DNA of 64,000 nt. Source: the human T2T-CHM13v2.0 reference genome, Homo sapiens. The DNA is taken from NCBI RefSeq assembly GCF_009914755.1, contig NC_060944.1; one strand, given 5' to 3'. Made by a program: the position numbers and the translations under genes. Position 1 is the stretch's first letter. Each line of letters begins with the position of its first letter. Shown here piece after piece: positions 1 to 27,896 of the stretch. Under the pieces are notes generated by a model that saw nothing but the letters and a program-made list of their open reading frames with translations, had not been told where the DNA came from and did not search any database.

Positions 1-370
1 AACCTCAAAAACATTCTGCTAAGTGAAGGAAATGAAGCACTCACAAAAAACTACATACTTCCATAAAAGACAAAATCATAGTGTCAAAACAGATCTGTAT
101 TTTTTGGGTCTGGTGACCAGGGAAGTGGCTCAACTAGAAAGAAGAATGAGAAAACTTTTCAGGGTAAATAGAACTGTTAAATATCTTCATTGTGGTGGTA
201 GTTAAAATGGCTATATATAATTACCAACATTCATCAAACTGTACAATTAAAATAGGTGAATTTTACTGCATATAAATCATATCTCAATAAAGCTGGAAAC
301 AAAAGGAGTTCCCTCAAATCAACTACTCTTAGACTGTCCGTGATTAGACGACATTAAAAGGTATCTTGTC

Positions 371-1134
<764 letters not shown>

Positions 1135-1157
1135 ACACCCATTTGATACCAGTAGAC

Positions 1158-1469
1158 CAGGGGTCCCCAACCCCCGGGCCATGGACTGTACTTATCTGTG
1201 GCTTGTTAGGAACCAGGCCACACAGCAGGAGGTGAGTGCTCCGCCTCCTATCAGATCAGCGGCAGCATTCGATTCTCATAGGAGTGCAAACCCTATTGTG
1301 AACTGTGCATGCGAGGGATCTAGGTTGCGCGTTCCTTATAAGAATCTAACTCATGACTGATGATCTGAGGAGGAGCAGTTTCATCCTGAATCCATCCCCC
1401 AACCAGGTCCGTGGAAAAATTGTCTTCTACAAAACTGGTCCCTGGTGCCAAAAAGGTTGGGGACCGCTG
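1158..1469 (+). mobile_element. MER1B-like hAT DNA transposon
   Basis: TIRs CAGGGGTCCCCAAC / GTTGGGGACCGCTG and 8-bp TSD C(A/T)GTAGAC. Confidence 0.88.
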
Positions 1470-2159
1470 CTGTAGACCATAATAACCACATTGTCCAGTT
1501 TCATGAGGAATCTGTCCGAGATGAGAACAAACCTCACAAACAATCGGAAACATGCACAGCAACCCAAAAGAAGCAAGTTGGCTAGTAAGTGCCAGCTTCT
1601 TCCGGTACAAAGCAAGAGTCACCTGGAAGTAATTTTAATTTTCATCAGAAACGTTTTATAAACATAAAATAGATCATCACCGTATTTAAAGTGCATATAC
1701 TCGTATTTCTTCCCTTCAACATTCAAAATAGGCTGGCAGGAAACCCAAGAAATAGGTGGCTACAATGTTCTCAATTTCAAAAAGCAGTGTGCATACAGAG
1801 TCAACGAAGACAATGGACTATGGGGTGTGGGAAGGTGGAGGGGATGACAAAGACATACCTGTCTGTAAATGAAATGTGAATGAGTTCACTTCCCCACAGG
1901 CTAATGCCAGCCTCCCATGCAAAGTTATTAAACAAAATCATAAGAAATTATTGATTTTACTGAATCCTCTTGAAGTTAAGACTTTGAAAACAATTTGTAT
2001 TGATATAAAGTTCTCCCCACATATGGAAATCTTGCTTTCAGTTTACCATGAGAAGCTTTTTTTGGTCTCTCTCCCCAACCCCCTCGGCAGATTCTGTTTC
2101 TCTATTATCATTAACATTGACATAGTAGCCACTAAATATAGGATTGGCACATGCAATCA

Positions 2160-2336
<177 letters not shown>

Positions 2337-2703
2337 TCAGTCATTCAGCTACAGGCCCTATTACTGCACCCAGGCCCTGAATACTGGATTGGTTTAGGAG
2401 TTACTGTAAATAGTGTCAGACAAATATCTGTAGGTTTTTTTGGGTTTTTTTTTTTCCATTTGTTTTTGTAGAGATGGGATCCGACTGTGTTGCCCAGTCT
2501 GGTGTCCAGCTCCTGGCCTCAAGTGATCCTCCCACTTCAGCCTCCTAAAGTGCTGGAATTATAGGTGTGAGCCACCATGCCCAGCCTGAATGTAGTTTTA
2601 AAAGAAACAAAACCACAAACAAACAAACAAACACACTGAAAAAAGTATTCGTTTGGTTTTCAAAAGGTAAGTTGGAAATTCTGCACTGGTTATGTGTAAG
2701 GTT

Positions 2704-2705
<2 letters not shown>

Positions 2706-2738
<33 letters not shown>
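2706..2738 (+). repeat. (GT)n microsatellite
   Basis: Directly visible. Confidence 0.98.
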
Positions 2739-2741
<3 letters not shown>

Positions 2742-2969
2742 CTCCAGTGTGAAAACCGTGACACTGAGTAGACGTTCCATTTCATGGCTTAAACAGTAAA
2801 CAGAAAGACCCTAGACCAGCAAGGGATTATCTGTGTGTTTACAAGTAATCTGGTTCTTGGACTTGGGTTTACCCTCTGGGGCTTCATGTTAAATATGAAT
2901 TTAGGTTTGCTCTGTAGTTTTTACTTAGAAATAGAAGAAGTGAAAAGACTGCCAAAGAAAGAGAGTAGT

Positions 2970-3587
<618 letters not shown>

Positions 3588-5605
3588 GTAAGTACAACTT
3601 TCTAAGCCAGGACCCTGGGGTTACACTGCAATACAGAGAAAAACAACAGACAAAGAAATGATGGTAAAAATAGTCTGGAGTTCAGCTATCAGAGGTTTTC
3701 TAACACGTTTAGTTACTGACCACTATTCTCTCAGGATACAATCTTTTTCCATTGATAATGACCAGTGGTGCTCAAGTGTTCCTTTCTAGTCCAGCACTGC
3801 GGTCCCTAGGTGTCCTGAAACTAATATATCAAACAGTGTGTTCAGAAGCTGATACAGGTAAAGTGGATGATCAAGAAAAACAAAGCCCAGCTCCCAGGGT
3901 TTTATTTCCACTACCACCAGGTAGCTCTATGGAGTCTCAGCCTTTTAAAGTCTGGTTAACTCCATTTTAGTGGAAGATTCCAAAGTCTTCCTAGGCACTG
4001 AGCCAACGCACCACAGTTGCCAATCTAAACAACTCCTAAAGGGCAGAGGCCAACTGACTGCTATTAAAAATGGCAAAGAATCACACTCTTGCTCTCAATG
4101 GTTCCTGACACTCCCTGGGGGCCAACATTCTTCAAAGTTACTTAAAGTTGCCACAGCATAATCAGCAATTGGCCAGCATTTATCTATGAGATTTAGGGCT
4201 GTGACTTTCCTGAAAATGTTGCCTCAGAAAAGATCTGGTGAAACCCATTGAGAAATGAGACAAATTTCCTGTCTCCATGTTAAAAAATACTGAGATCAAA
4301 TAAAAGTAATCTTTCTGTATGCTACAGAAAATACTTCCTCTAGGAAGAGAAAACTGGAGAACAACTAAAATTGCTTACTTCTCAAGTCCAACGGCTTCCT
4401 TCAAGACCTCACCTTGCAGGGCTCATAATCCAAAACTGCTTCTCATAACTTTGCCCAGTGCATACTCTGCCCAATCCCTGCCCTGCCTTACAAAACCCTG
4501 TTTTTTTAAATTTTAATTAATAAACTTTAAACTTTATTTTTAGAGCAGTTTAAGGTTCACAGCAAAATTGAGTGGAAATTACAGAAGATTCTCGTATACC
4601 CTGTCCCACGCCACAGACACGGCCTCCCCCACACTATGGACATCCCACACCCAAGTGGTACATTTGTCACAACCAATGAACATCACTGACACATCATTAT
4701 CACCCGCAGCCCATGGTTTACATTAGGGTCCAGCACTCACTCCGTTTAAATACCTTTCCCTGCCCTCCTTCTTCTGAGATACTACTATGAACTTGTCTAA
4801 GTGATGGTCTACTTTACTGCGTCAGGTCTATTAAACGTAGTTTTCTTGGTTGACAGGTTTTTCTATGTTTTTATTTGTGGAGACTTTTGACACCATGCCA
4901 TGGCTCACTTCTTTCTAGAGCAGTGACCACGACCCACAGTTAGAAATCATTTTATATCACAATCCACTATACTCATAAATTCACAGATGTCTGTGGCGGT
5001 GATTTGGAATTGAGGCTACCATCAGATGGCCTTAATGGGGATGGCAAACACCTATGATGAGAACTTTTAAAAAGTCAATATCCTCATTTGCTATTTCATC
5101 CACAGCCTTTGCAACATACTGAATAGTTGAATGATTCTAAGCTATTTAACAGAGCCACTTAGTCACTGGGATAAAACTTTTCCTTTTAAAATAGTTGGAA
5201 GAGGAGAACAATTTTCAAACTCCCAAGTGATAAGCTTTAAGTGACACAATTAAAAAGGAAGAATATTGAAAACAAACTAGTAGGTCATTGCAAACTTAAT
5301 CTCAAAACTGACTAAGATAAAGTTCTGCTTGAGGTGGAGTTATGGTTACACTGGCCTTAACCCCAAATCACGGTGTGAGAGGCTGGGACTCACTGAAGGC
5401 ACCTGTGACTCAGGCACAGGAATTATCAGATCTTTTCAGGAGTATTTCAGACCTAAGCCTCATAAATTCTAAGAACCATAAACATGACTGAAGTCCTGGA
5501 GGTATATTGCATGTTGCTCGTAAAATCCCAAAGGAAACTGTAGTAGCTCTTCTTGATAAATGTTTTTAGTTAACATCTTCTGGTGAACAGGGATGCTAAA
5601 ATTAG

Positions 5606-5945
<340 letters not shown>

Positions 5946-8362
5946 AATGACCAATAGATGCATTTGTTAAGTGAAACAATTAAGTTGCGAGGAAAAGTAT
6001 ATAACATGATTTCATTTTGTTTAAAAAACCAAACCAAACCAAATCTAAATGTATGAATATACATAAATATGTTTCTGTGAATCTAGAAAAATACATAAAA
6101 GGACACTCTAAGCTGCTAACGCTGGTTATTTCAGAGAAATAGAAATGGAGGTAGAGTGAAGAAATTATACACTTTTTGGTATATCTTTGGATTATTTCAT
6201 TTGTTACAAAAAATTAGGTATTAATTATTTTAAATAAATAAGTTGTAAAATCTTCTCTTATTCTGAAATAGGTATCTTTGCCAAAGGTCAAATACAGAAA
6301 CTTCTGCTACTGTATCTTCTAATCCCGGCAGAAAAAAAAAAAAATCTGATAGAGCAAAATTCCTCAGCATTAACAGTGCCTTAAATCCACACAAGACTGC
6401 AACTACCATGGAATCTGTCTTCATCATAGAAGGAAGAGCGCAGATGGTGCTTTTGCACTCAGTGGAGTGAGCTAGAGACCAACGCAGAAAGGGGACGGGA
6501 GCTGTCAATGGCATGCTGCCGCCTGCCAGGAGGTAAGACTTGCTGACTTCCCTGAGCAGTTCACATGAGTATTCCCACCAACTTCAGAGGTGGCTGTCTG
6601 GGTTAGAATGTTATCTCAAAACCTGTCACCCTTATGACATCTGGGAGAGGCACTGGAATGAAGATTGTCAGGCCAGGGTTTCCAAACAGATGTCCTTCTG
6701 TGAGTAGAAGCAGTAATAGTGATTGTCTGGCATAAAAAGTCACACACTTCTCTCCAGCATCAGAGGTTATGATGATAAAAATCTCTCTACAAATCAAGTC
6801 TGGTTAAAACCTGTCCCCACTTTCAACCTTCAGGGCCCACAGGGAAAAATCTGAGCTACAAAGTCTGGTAGAGAAGGTGCCATCTCCTATAACCCACAGC
6901 ACCCCAGCATTGTTGCAGCCCAGCAAAACCAAACTCCTTGCAAAGTTTTGAGGCACATTTTCTAAATCTCATCTTTGAATTCATTATTGATTTCCTCATT
7001 ATATGTTCTAACTTTGTCTCACCTATGGAGTAGAAATAAGTTATCAAATTATTCCTATTATAACTTATTATGTCATAAAAATGTCTCTTATAAAAATTGC
7101 CCTGCAAGAAAGAGGCCATTCCTGGATTTAATGCTGCTTATCACTGTAGAAGTCCTGTGTTTATTCTCAATATAGGATTTACAACAAATTGAAGGGAAAA
7201 ATTACTTACATGTACCTTTGTGTCTCTCTGCCTTCCCATAAAATGGGAAGAACTCTAGATTTCAAATACTGAAGATGATATTATATATATTGAGTTTGGG
7301 TCACAACTAACACTTACCCCTATTCTTCCTGTTCTGAATAGTCCAAAGAGTTTGCAGTGATATTATCTTCAAACATCCTGAATAAATGTATTAATAAGAA
7401 TAGATTTGCTGTGCTTGACAGAACACCCAAAATAACACAGGCTTAAATAAGAGAAAAATAGATTTCTCTCTCCCATATATAAGAAGTCTGGAGAAAGACT
7501 TCCAGGACTGTATAGTGGCTTCCTGCAGTGGCTTTTTAAGCATCTTAAGATTGAAAATAGTCATTGAACAAAAAGATTAGTAAATTTTCCTCTACCTGAC
7601 TTTGGCCTGGCCAGTTATTCAAAATCTCATTTCTGAAGGCTCACACAGCCTTGTACACTTGTGAACTCTTCATGCTAAAGGGAGCTTGAAGGTGAAAGAA
7701 AAAGTGGATTTATCTTTTCTCTGAATACATTTTGCCCATATACAACCCACAAGGCCATTTTAGGAGTGTTATGGCCTGTACATAATGCCATGCATTTCCC
7801 TTATTGCTAAAAATTCTTAGTTTTTTAATCCCCCAAATTCCCTCTATTAAATCTATTTTATCCTCTAGTGACCTTTACTTGGGATTAAAGAGGAAGTAAA
7901 TGGGACTGTAAATTGAAGAATGGAGAAAATATTTAGTTGTATGTTTAAAGATTCTATCAAAAAAATGTTCACAGTATGATATCATTTTTTGAGCAAAGTT
8001 TTTTGGATGTAAGTGATGATACATAACTTTTTCTTCCACGTGACTAGTTCTAGTCATTCTTTTTCTCCATAACAAGAACCTATAATCAAATAAGGCAAAC
8101 AAAAGTATGAGCCACTTTAAGGACAAAATTATAAATCAACACTAACTGCAATGTTGGAGTTTAAATATATGAAGTAAAAAATTGTCTTTGTTAGCTGTAG
8201 TGCAATTTGCCCTCCAAATCCATGTTCAGGGAATACAATCCTACATATCTCTCTTAATATTATAGATCCTATTGGCAAATTAAACTCTTGGACAGCATAC
8301 CTTACTAAAAATAGAATGGATTTTGTTCATGTATATTAGCTTATCAACTGTTACCCCATCCT

Positions 8363-8658
<296 letters not shown>

Positions 8659-8726
8659 TTGTTACCCCATCCCACTAGCTGAAAAAGGACATATACCTGT
8701 TCAAACATTACTATGTATTTCATTCA

Positions 8727-9028
<302 letters not shown>

Positions 9029-9225
9029 AGAATGTAAAGTTTGATTTGTTTTTGTAAAACAATTTTTTAAATAATTACCTTTATGATGGATATGCTAATT
9101 ACTCTGATTTGACCACTACACATTATTTGTATCAAATAACACTATGTACCCCATAAATATGTACAATTACTATGTGTCAATTAAAAAGTAAATAATAGAA
9201 AATAAAATAACAATTACATTTATTA

Positions 9226-9658
<433 letters not shown>

Positions 9659-10402
9659 GGAATCACACAGTCAGATACTGCTGTCAAAAAGCAACCACTT
9701 CAGCACCCTGAAGTCATTGAAAGGCAGATAACAAACAGAAGTTCCTAAAAATGACTGAACTGCAGAAAAGAACACTAAGCTCTGGGTGGTTGTTGCCTGG
9801 GCTGCCCCCTCCTTCTCTAACTCTGTCAGTGTGGTAGTTCCACCAGGGCAGGGCAGGCTGTGAAAACCAGAAGTTTTGTGGCTGCTGATGGGCAAGGATC
9901 ACTTGATTTAGAGCACTGTTAAGGTGACGATTTTGGTGGCAAGCAAACAAGGAAGACCAGTGGTCCCCTAGTCTGAGATAATGAGCCTGTTTGGGGTAAT
10001 CGATGCACTGACTGGCAAACTGGCCAAGGATTTAACATGGAGTTCCAGGAGGTAATTCAATGATAGGGGCTTGATAGCTCTCCACATAGCCTTAGTTGAC
10101 AGGAGGCTATGCACATAAGCAACATAAACCAGAGTAGGCCCAAGCCACCCACACCGCCCTGGCTGATGGGAACTACACATAGAGAACTGCAAGAGAGCTC
10201 GGCATAGAGTAAAAGCTGGGGCTGGAAAACAGCCTTGAGTTTCAATGTTACCCAGCCAACACACAGATCCATCAGCAGGGAGTGGAGGCTTTCCTGGATG
10301 GAGCTGCCTGTGTACAATCTCTGGCCAACTGAACACTAAGATATGCTGACCCAAAGGTAAACATCAGGCTTAAATATAAGAGAAAGGAAAAGCTGCTGCT
10401 CT

Positions 10403-10867
10403 ACTATTTACGACAGCAAAGTCTTGGAACCAACCCAAATGCCCATCAATGATAGACTGGATAAAGAAAATGTGGCACATATGCACCATGGAATACTGTG
10501 CAGCCACAAAAAAGAACGAGTTCATGTCCTTTGCAGGGACATGGATGAAGCTGGAAGCCATCGTTCTCAGCAAACTAACACAGGAACAGAAAACCAAACA
10601 CTGCATGTTTTCACTCATAAGTGGGAGTTGAACAATGAGAACACATGGACACAGGGAGAGGAACATCACACACCGGGGTCTGTCGGGGGTGGGGGGCAAG
10701 AGGAGGAAAAGCATTAGGACAAATACCTAATGCATGTGGGGCTTAAAACCTAGATGATGGGTTGATGGGTGCAGCAAACCACCATGGCACATGTACACCT
10801 ATGTAACAAACCTGCATGTTCTGCACATGTATCCCAGAACTTAAAAGTATAATTAAAAAAAAAAAAA
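10403..10867 (+). mobile_element. 5'-truncated L1PA 3' end
   Basis: ORF2 C-terminus (WIKKMWHICTMEY), L1PA 3'UTR, A-tail, TSD AAAAGCTGCT(G/T)CTCT. Confidence 0.93.
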
Positions 10868-10999
10868 GCTGCTTCTCTGTCTATGGAGTAACCATTCTTT
10901 TGTTTCTTTACTTCTCTAATTAAGAAAAAAAATTTAAAAAAAATAAAAAGCCTGACACTAGTGGCCATGCCTTGCAGGGGAGGCAGACATTAAAGATTT

Positions 11000-14155
<3,156 letters not shown>

Positions 14156-14159
14156 GTCA

Positions 14160-17100
14160 GAGTTGAGGTTAAGGTTCCATCTATCACCTGCGCACCTAAA
14201 GTCCCAGCTTTACTGGGGGACCACAGTGGTGTTCTGAATCTCTAAGAATTAGCATGAATTTAGAGCCAGTATCTAGAAATCCCTCAAAGATTTGGGCATT
14301 TCCTTTTCCCCACTGCACAGTCACTCAATTGAAAGCAACAAGTCCCCTTGGGGAAGCGTTCAAGGAAGACTTATGATATGTACTTGCAAAGCTCCAGGGT
14401 CCTTCCCTAAGGAGATCCAGTCTCCCCTTAAATCAAGAGACTGAATTTGTGAACTGATTTATGTCTGGAAACTGGGGGAGGAACTTGGTTGCTCCAATGC
14501 AGTGATTCAAGTCAGTTTTTAGCTACATGACCTAGCATTTTTCAATTATATAGACCAGGCGATACACTAGAAGGCTGCCCGTCTATCATTCCTAGGAATG
14601 CCATGTCAGATTCCTCTTACTGAAACATCATTACTGTCCTTGTCTTTGGCAGTTAAGTGCTGCCACTTAACTTCTGCTACTCTGGGATCTCACTAGCTCT
14701 AATGAGATCAGGGAACTCCTCTAAATAGCAGCATCCCCCACGATCATATCTGGCCTACAAAGGAAAGCAGCCACAGAACTTTTTAAGGATGCAGCTGCTC
14801 CTCTCACTAATGTATTCCTTGATATCTTAGTGATGGAAGTGTCTTCTGGGCCTTCTTGTGAAACATAGGTAAGAGTTAGGGATGCAGGACACAGGTATCA
14901 ACCCCACTCCAACTTTCCTATTTGCCTAAGTCTCTGTATTCCCTGCTCCACATGATGCTGGGTGTTAGGGACTAAACTGTGCCCCCCAGAATTCATTATA
15001 TTGAAGCCCCAGCCCCCAATGTGATTGTATTTGGAGATAGGTCCTTTAAGGAGGTAATTAAGGTTAAATGAGGTCATTACAGTGGGACTTTGATCCAATA
15101 TGACTGATGTCTTTATAAGAAGAGGAAGAGACACCAGGGTTGTGTACCCAGAGGAAAGGCCAAGTAAGGACACATCAGGAAGGCAGCCGTCTGAAAGCTG
15201 AGGAGAGAAGCCTCACCAGAAACCAAACCTGCTGGCGCCTTGATCTTAAACTTCCAGCCTGCAGAACTATGAGAAAATAAATTTCTGTTCTTTAAGCCAC
15301 ACAGTCTGTGGGGTTTTGCTGTGGCAACCTTAGCAAACTGATATACCTGGGAAACTTCTGCTATCCCAATCTCATTAAACACAGGCCACTACTGAGGCCA
15401 AGCTTTAAGCAGTCAACCAAGCAAGCTGTTATAGCCACCGCAGCTGCATTATCTAACACATTAAACCCAGAATCTCTATAAGGTGTGCACATATCAATGA
15501 ATTTATACCAATTTCAAGTCATATTGTCTTCATTTAAAATCTAATCCCACACTTATTCCCCAAGACTCTGTCACTATATATTAGTAAAATCTTCCTCTTC
15601 TTTGTGTGTGTAAGTTATTTCCTCCTGGATCACAGCATGCACCTGTCCTCCTGTAGCATGCTGGGTTGGGTCCCTAGAATGCAACAGGTGGTTGTGATGG
15701 GTTTAAACCACCCACAACCCCCTGTGAGGAGAATAAACATCCCCTTTCAAGCCATCTGCCCAGGTGAGGTTATCACAAACATTTCAAGAAAATGAAGGCT
15801 GGTATCCTCAGACAGAAGGGCATCCTCAGACATAAGGGCAAACTACATCCATTGGGCAGGAGGCACAGAGTGACAAGGGTAACAAGACTGTCAGTTTCAT
15901 CTGGGTCCCACCTGCCATCTCTATCTGAGTTTCAGGGTCCCATCCTTTCTCAATTAATGGCCTAACTTTCAAATAAGAAATCTGGTGATCAGGTGAATTT
16001 AACAGACATTATAAGTCCCCAACATATACAATACAATTTTTGTTTGATTTTCATCAATATAACCCTGGAGCTACAAGAAGTATATTATTTTGGGCTGTCA
16101 TAGGAGCCCTCTGGTTCCTGCACCGTGACTTAAAGGTCCTGAGCTTGTCGTTTTCTTTCTGTGAATGCTCCCATGGACTCAGGAGAATACATCCTCCACC
16201 ACAGTTTTTGTAGTCATTGTCACTGCCATAGAGTCAAGTGCAGCAGTTACTTGGCCATTCAAGATACTTGCTTCAATTGGCACGTCATCACAATCAGCCA
16301 CAGGTGACAGCCTGATTAACTGTGATGCCCCCTCATGCTATGGATCACCAGTGTCCCATTTCCCATTGGCAAGGAGCTCGGCACTGTTCCCAAGCAAAGG
16401 ACAAGACCAAACCACTTCCAAAATCCCATTTCCCGGTTTATTTCCTGGGACCAATCCCACTACCAATTCTGTATCAGTCAGAGTCCAATCAGGACATAGA
16501 AACCACAACTAATTTGAACAGGAAAAGTTCATATAAATAGTTATTAACTGGTATCCAGGGATTAACTACTAATGGGTAAAGCAGATTCTACATATACAGA
16601 AATTCCAAACATAGGGAGGATCCCCTACCTCTGTGGCTGAGACAGAGAACCGAAGGAGGATCAAATTTGGAAGAGGCACTTACTTTGCCCCACATCCAAG
16701 GCTGAAATCAGACTTCATTGAATTGAGTGTGGTTGTCACCCACCGGATGGCAGAGAAGTTCACTGAGGTGACACAGATCAGAGCCAGCAAGGAAAAAGCC
16801 GCCCACTGGGATCCAATGAAACTCATTAGGAATTCCTCATCTAGGGAACTGGCAGAACATGTTGGGAAGTCAGATACAGAGATGTGGCTGGAACTTGCTG
16901 GAAAGTTGCTACTGGGATGCCCCAAAGACTATCTGGGAAGCTGGCTGGGGTGCCAGTGGAACTGAGAAGCGTCCATGGGACAACACTGAAATTCACAGGG
17001 TTCAGCACAACTGGGTGTCCTACAGGTTAGCTCACATGGCAAGAGCAAAGAGACAGGAGAGCACACACCTCTGCATCTCTTTACTGAGACTCTCTGAGTC
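14160..17100 (-). mobile_element. Degenerate ERVL-class internal sequence plus LTR-like segment (~16470-17100), interrupted by an MLT1A-like LTR (~14962-15345)
   Basis: Reverse complement of 14391-14478 resembles ERVL internal ccagac...cagtt...aaggggag...ggaaggaccc; gag-like segment at 15453-15593. Confidence 0.65.
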
Positions 17101-18396
17101 ATGGGTCTAAGTAGGATCCTGCCCCTTTGACTCCTAGAAGCCCAGCTCAGAGCAGGACACAGTAGTACTCAATAAATGGTTGTTAGCTTAAATTACAAAG
17201 CTGTTATACATTATAGTCTATTGTTGCACTAATAGAAATATAACTGGGGGGCAATCTAGGTGTTTTAAAGTTCATAATGTTAAATATTTATAATCACTGA
17301 TAACCTTTCCTCCCTGTAAAAATGAAGTTAGTTGTGAAAATCCCTTTCCAGGCAAGTAGAAAATAATTTTGGTATCGCACCAACTAGTATAAACAGAGAA
17401 AAATCAACCAATGGGACTTGTTCATATTTTGTTTTCTGTATCGTCTTCTTTCACTAACACATTTAGTCCAGAATCTCTACAAGCTGCAAACATATCAATG
17501 AATTTGGCCCAATTTGGTGTTATAGTCTGTTTTTATTTAAAATCGACTCCCACCCTTATTCCCTAAGATTCTGCCATTATATATTAGCAAAATCTTTAAG
17601 GAGTTTAAAATGTATCACTGAAGTAAATTAAATTAACTTCTACAAAAATATTGAGCAATATATTAGAAAAATATTAAAACAGCCATTTAATACCTGACCC
17701 CTTGCTTGAGGCATAACTCGAATCTAAAACTCTGGACTTGGAACTCACTCAATTAGTGACTTTTTCTTAGTAACTATCTTCTTAAAAATTGTAATTTTTC
17801 ACTCAATATCACAGATCCCTTTATTTCATTTTCATCCCTTTATTCCAAGTCCAAAAAAAATCCCCAAAATATCAAGTGCTTAAAAGATGAACACATTTTG
17901 GTGAAGGTTTTAATTTTTAGCAAGCCAAGTATGTTTTTTTAACTATCTACAAAATTAGTAGTGAGATATCAATTATTATCTATCCTAAATCAGCCAAAGC
18001 TTTTAAATTTAAATATACAGATCAATCTATAGATTCTTTGGACAGAATGATGCATCTTATGGATATATAGATATATAGAGACATAAAGTAATTGGTAGTT
18101 CTCTTTATTTATTTCTAGAATATATTTCCTTATTATACCCAGGATATGAGCAGAGCTATCAAATGAGTAGGAAACATTTATTTATCCATGCATGCCTCAT
18201 TAAAACAATAAGATTCCAATCTTTTTTAAGCCCGTGCTTCTGGCAGGCCACACAAAAGACACAGCATTGCAAGTAAGTTTTTCCATGCTTAAGTAGGAGT
18301 GTGTAAGAGTTCAATCAGCCAGTAATTCTTCAACAAGTATTTATATGTGCAGTTCATGTGTACCAAGCACTGTGTTACTGCTGCAAATAAAGATCA

Positions 18397-18603
<207 letters not shown>

Positions 18604-19489
18604 TTAAGAAGACTGATAAAAATCTAAAAGCGGTCAAACAGTTTTAAACACAAAACAAAAGCAGACTGCTCTCAATGGCTATGGAACAAGTTCAAGACAG
18701 GAAATACTTATCTAGGTCATTTGGTCATTTTATTGGAATAGTGGCCTTGCAACTGGACCCTCTGGTGCCCTTTCTGCGTAGGCCAAGTCCATATAACTTC
18801 TTGATCATGGCAAGAAGTTTATCAGCAGCCTTGGCCCCACTTCTTGCTCGGGCTCTGGCTTGTCCTGTCACATTGGATTTGATGTGTATGAGGGTGAGCC
18901 CTGGGAATTCCAGCAATTTTTACATTATGCTTTTCTGACTTTCTACCATTGAGCCCAGTCTGAGGGACAGGGCTTCTTGCCTGTGCCTCAAACCCATCCT
19001 TTCTCTTTGCCCACCTTTGCTTAGAGTCCTCAGGCCCTGCCCCAGCAGCATCTGGCCCCATTTCTTATGCAGCTGGACCCATCGTTTAGCTCCCACTCAT
19101 CTAAATGGGTTCTGGCTATCTGCCAAAGTGAGAGCATTCTTGGAATTAGGCTGCCCTAATTCCTTTCCTGCTACTGCCATGCCTTTCCAGACAAGTTGGC
19201 TCCTGATCCTGTGACCTATTGATCTGAACAGCTCCTCAGCAACTAGAAGGCTTGGATACTGTGCACCGGATTGCCTCGTTGCCCACACTAGTCTCCACGT
19301 TGGAGCTGAGCTCATTCCCACACTCTTATCCTATTTAGTCCTTCATTACTGTACCATGGCACCAAGGTTTCACCATCTCTCTGGCATGGGCCCACCCGCC
19401 AGAGCAACAACAGTTCCCTCTTTTCTATGCTTAAAGCTCATGAAGTGTAATCTGACTATCTCATTCCACTGATTTGAATTGAAGACATA

Positions 19490-23660
<4,171 letters not shown>

Positions 23661-23678
23661 TTTAATTTAAAAAGTTGG

Positions 23679-26335
<2,657 letters not shown>

Positions 26336-27683
26336 ATATGCCTTTTATTAAGGTCATAAGTCACCTCTATCTTGTCAAAGCCAATGTGAATTTCCAATTG
26401 TCTGTCTTTATCTAATTAGAACCTTCAGTAACATATGACATAGATGATCTTCTCCTTGAAATTCTTTCATCTCTTGGTTTCCATGGCAACATATTCTTTT
26501 GGCTTTCTTTCTACTTTCAGGCTCCTCCTCCCCTGCTCAACCTCTAAGTTGAGGACTTTCTTCATTTTCCTTCTCTTCACTTTCTGTTCAGCCTTGACTA
26601 GTGATCTCGTTCAGACCTAAGCTTCAAATACCATCAACATATTGAATATTTCCATATTTCTAAGTACATATGTCCAGCTCTGACCTCTCCCATATGTGAA
26701 CTTGCACATCCAACAATCTACTCAACACCTCCACTTGGATGTCTAATGTGCCCTTGGACACCTGCTCGTCTCTCATCTTTTCCAGCTTTGTCAATGGCAC
26801 CATCATCTCCAGATACTCAGGACAAACCCTGAGAGGCAGACTTGGCTCCTCCCCTTCCCTCTCATCCGTCGGATCCCTCAGCAAAGCCCGCCTCCTATCC
26901 TGACCACCTCTACAACCTTGGTCCAAGTCACCATCATTTCTCACCTGGAACAAAAGCCTCCTAAATAATGTTCTCCCTTTCCTCTTCCATGGTCTAATCT
27001 CCATACTGTGGCCAAACAGAAAACTTTTAAATGTAAATGGGACTGTGTCTTGCCTGCCAAACAGATACCATTTACAATTAGAATAGAATTCAAACTTCTT
27101 ACGGTCAGACTAGTATCTGTGACTCTCAACCATACCTGACCGTTAGAATCATTTAGGGGTGGTTTTTTTTTTTTTTAACGATGCTCAAACCCCACATCAG
27201 ACCAATTAAATCAGAATTTCTGACGCTAAACCTTGGGGATTGGTTTGAAGCTCTTCAGGTGATTCTAACGTGCAGCCATGATTGAGAACCACAGCTCTAG
27301 ATACTCTGGCCCCAGCCACCTTCTCACTCATCTCCCACCTTGCTCATCAGGCCTGAGAATGTGTGTTTCAAATAAGTTCCCACGTGATGCTGATGCTGCA
27401 GGTCTGGGGATCGCCTCTGAGAACCACTGCTCTATCTCATTACCATGTTATCTTCTTCATGACGCTTACCACCATTTTAAATTTTCTGTTTATTTACTTA
27501 AAATTATGTGTCTGCCCCCAAGCCCAATAAAAGGTAAGCTCCATGAATACAGGGACTTTTCTTGTCCAGTACAGTATTCCCAGCACTAGAACAGTGCCTG
27601 GCACATGGTCAAAAGTGGGGGAGGTGCAGTCTTAAAGTATTTCATGGGAGCATTAAAAATATAGGAGGTATTTGAATACCCTA

Positions 27684-27896
<213 letters not shown>

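Noticed and set aside
6400-6540. Plus-strand GAG|GTAAGA donor and CTCF-like words in unique intronic sequence
   Set aside because: Motif matches are partial and no partner acceptor or promoter is evident
10370-10968. Overlapping ORFs on both strands
   Set aside because: L1PA ORF2 C-terminus and 3'UTR remnant
18675-19321. Cluster of basic ORFs (ARARARSGAKAADKLLAMIKK...) resembling a ribosomal-protein pseudogene
   Set aside because: No convincing match to any protein I recognise, and no poly(A) or TSD; a BLASTX/Dfam search would settle it
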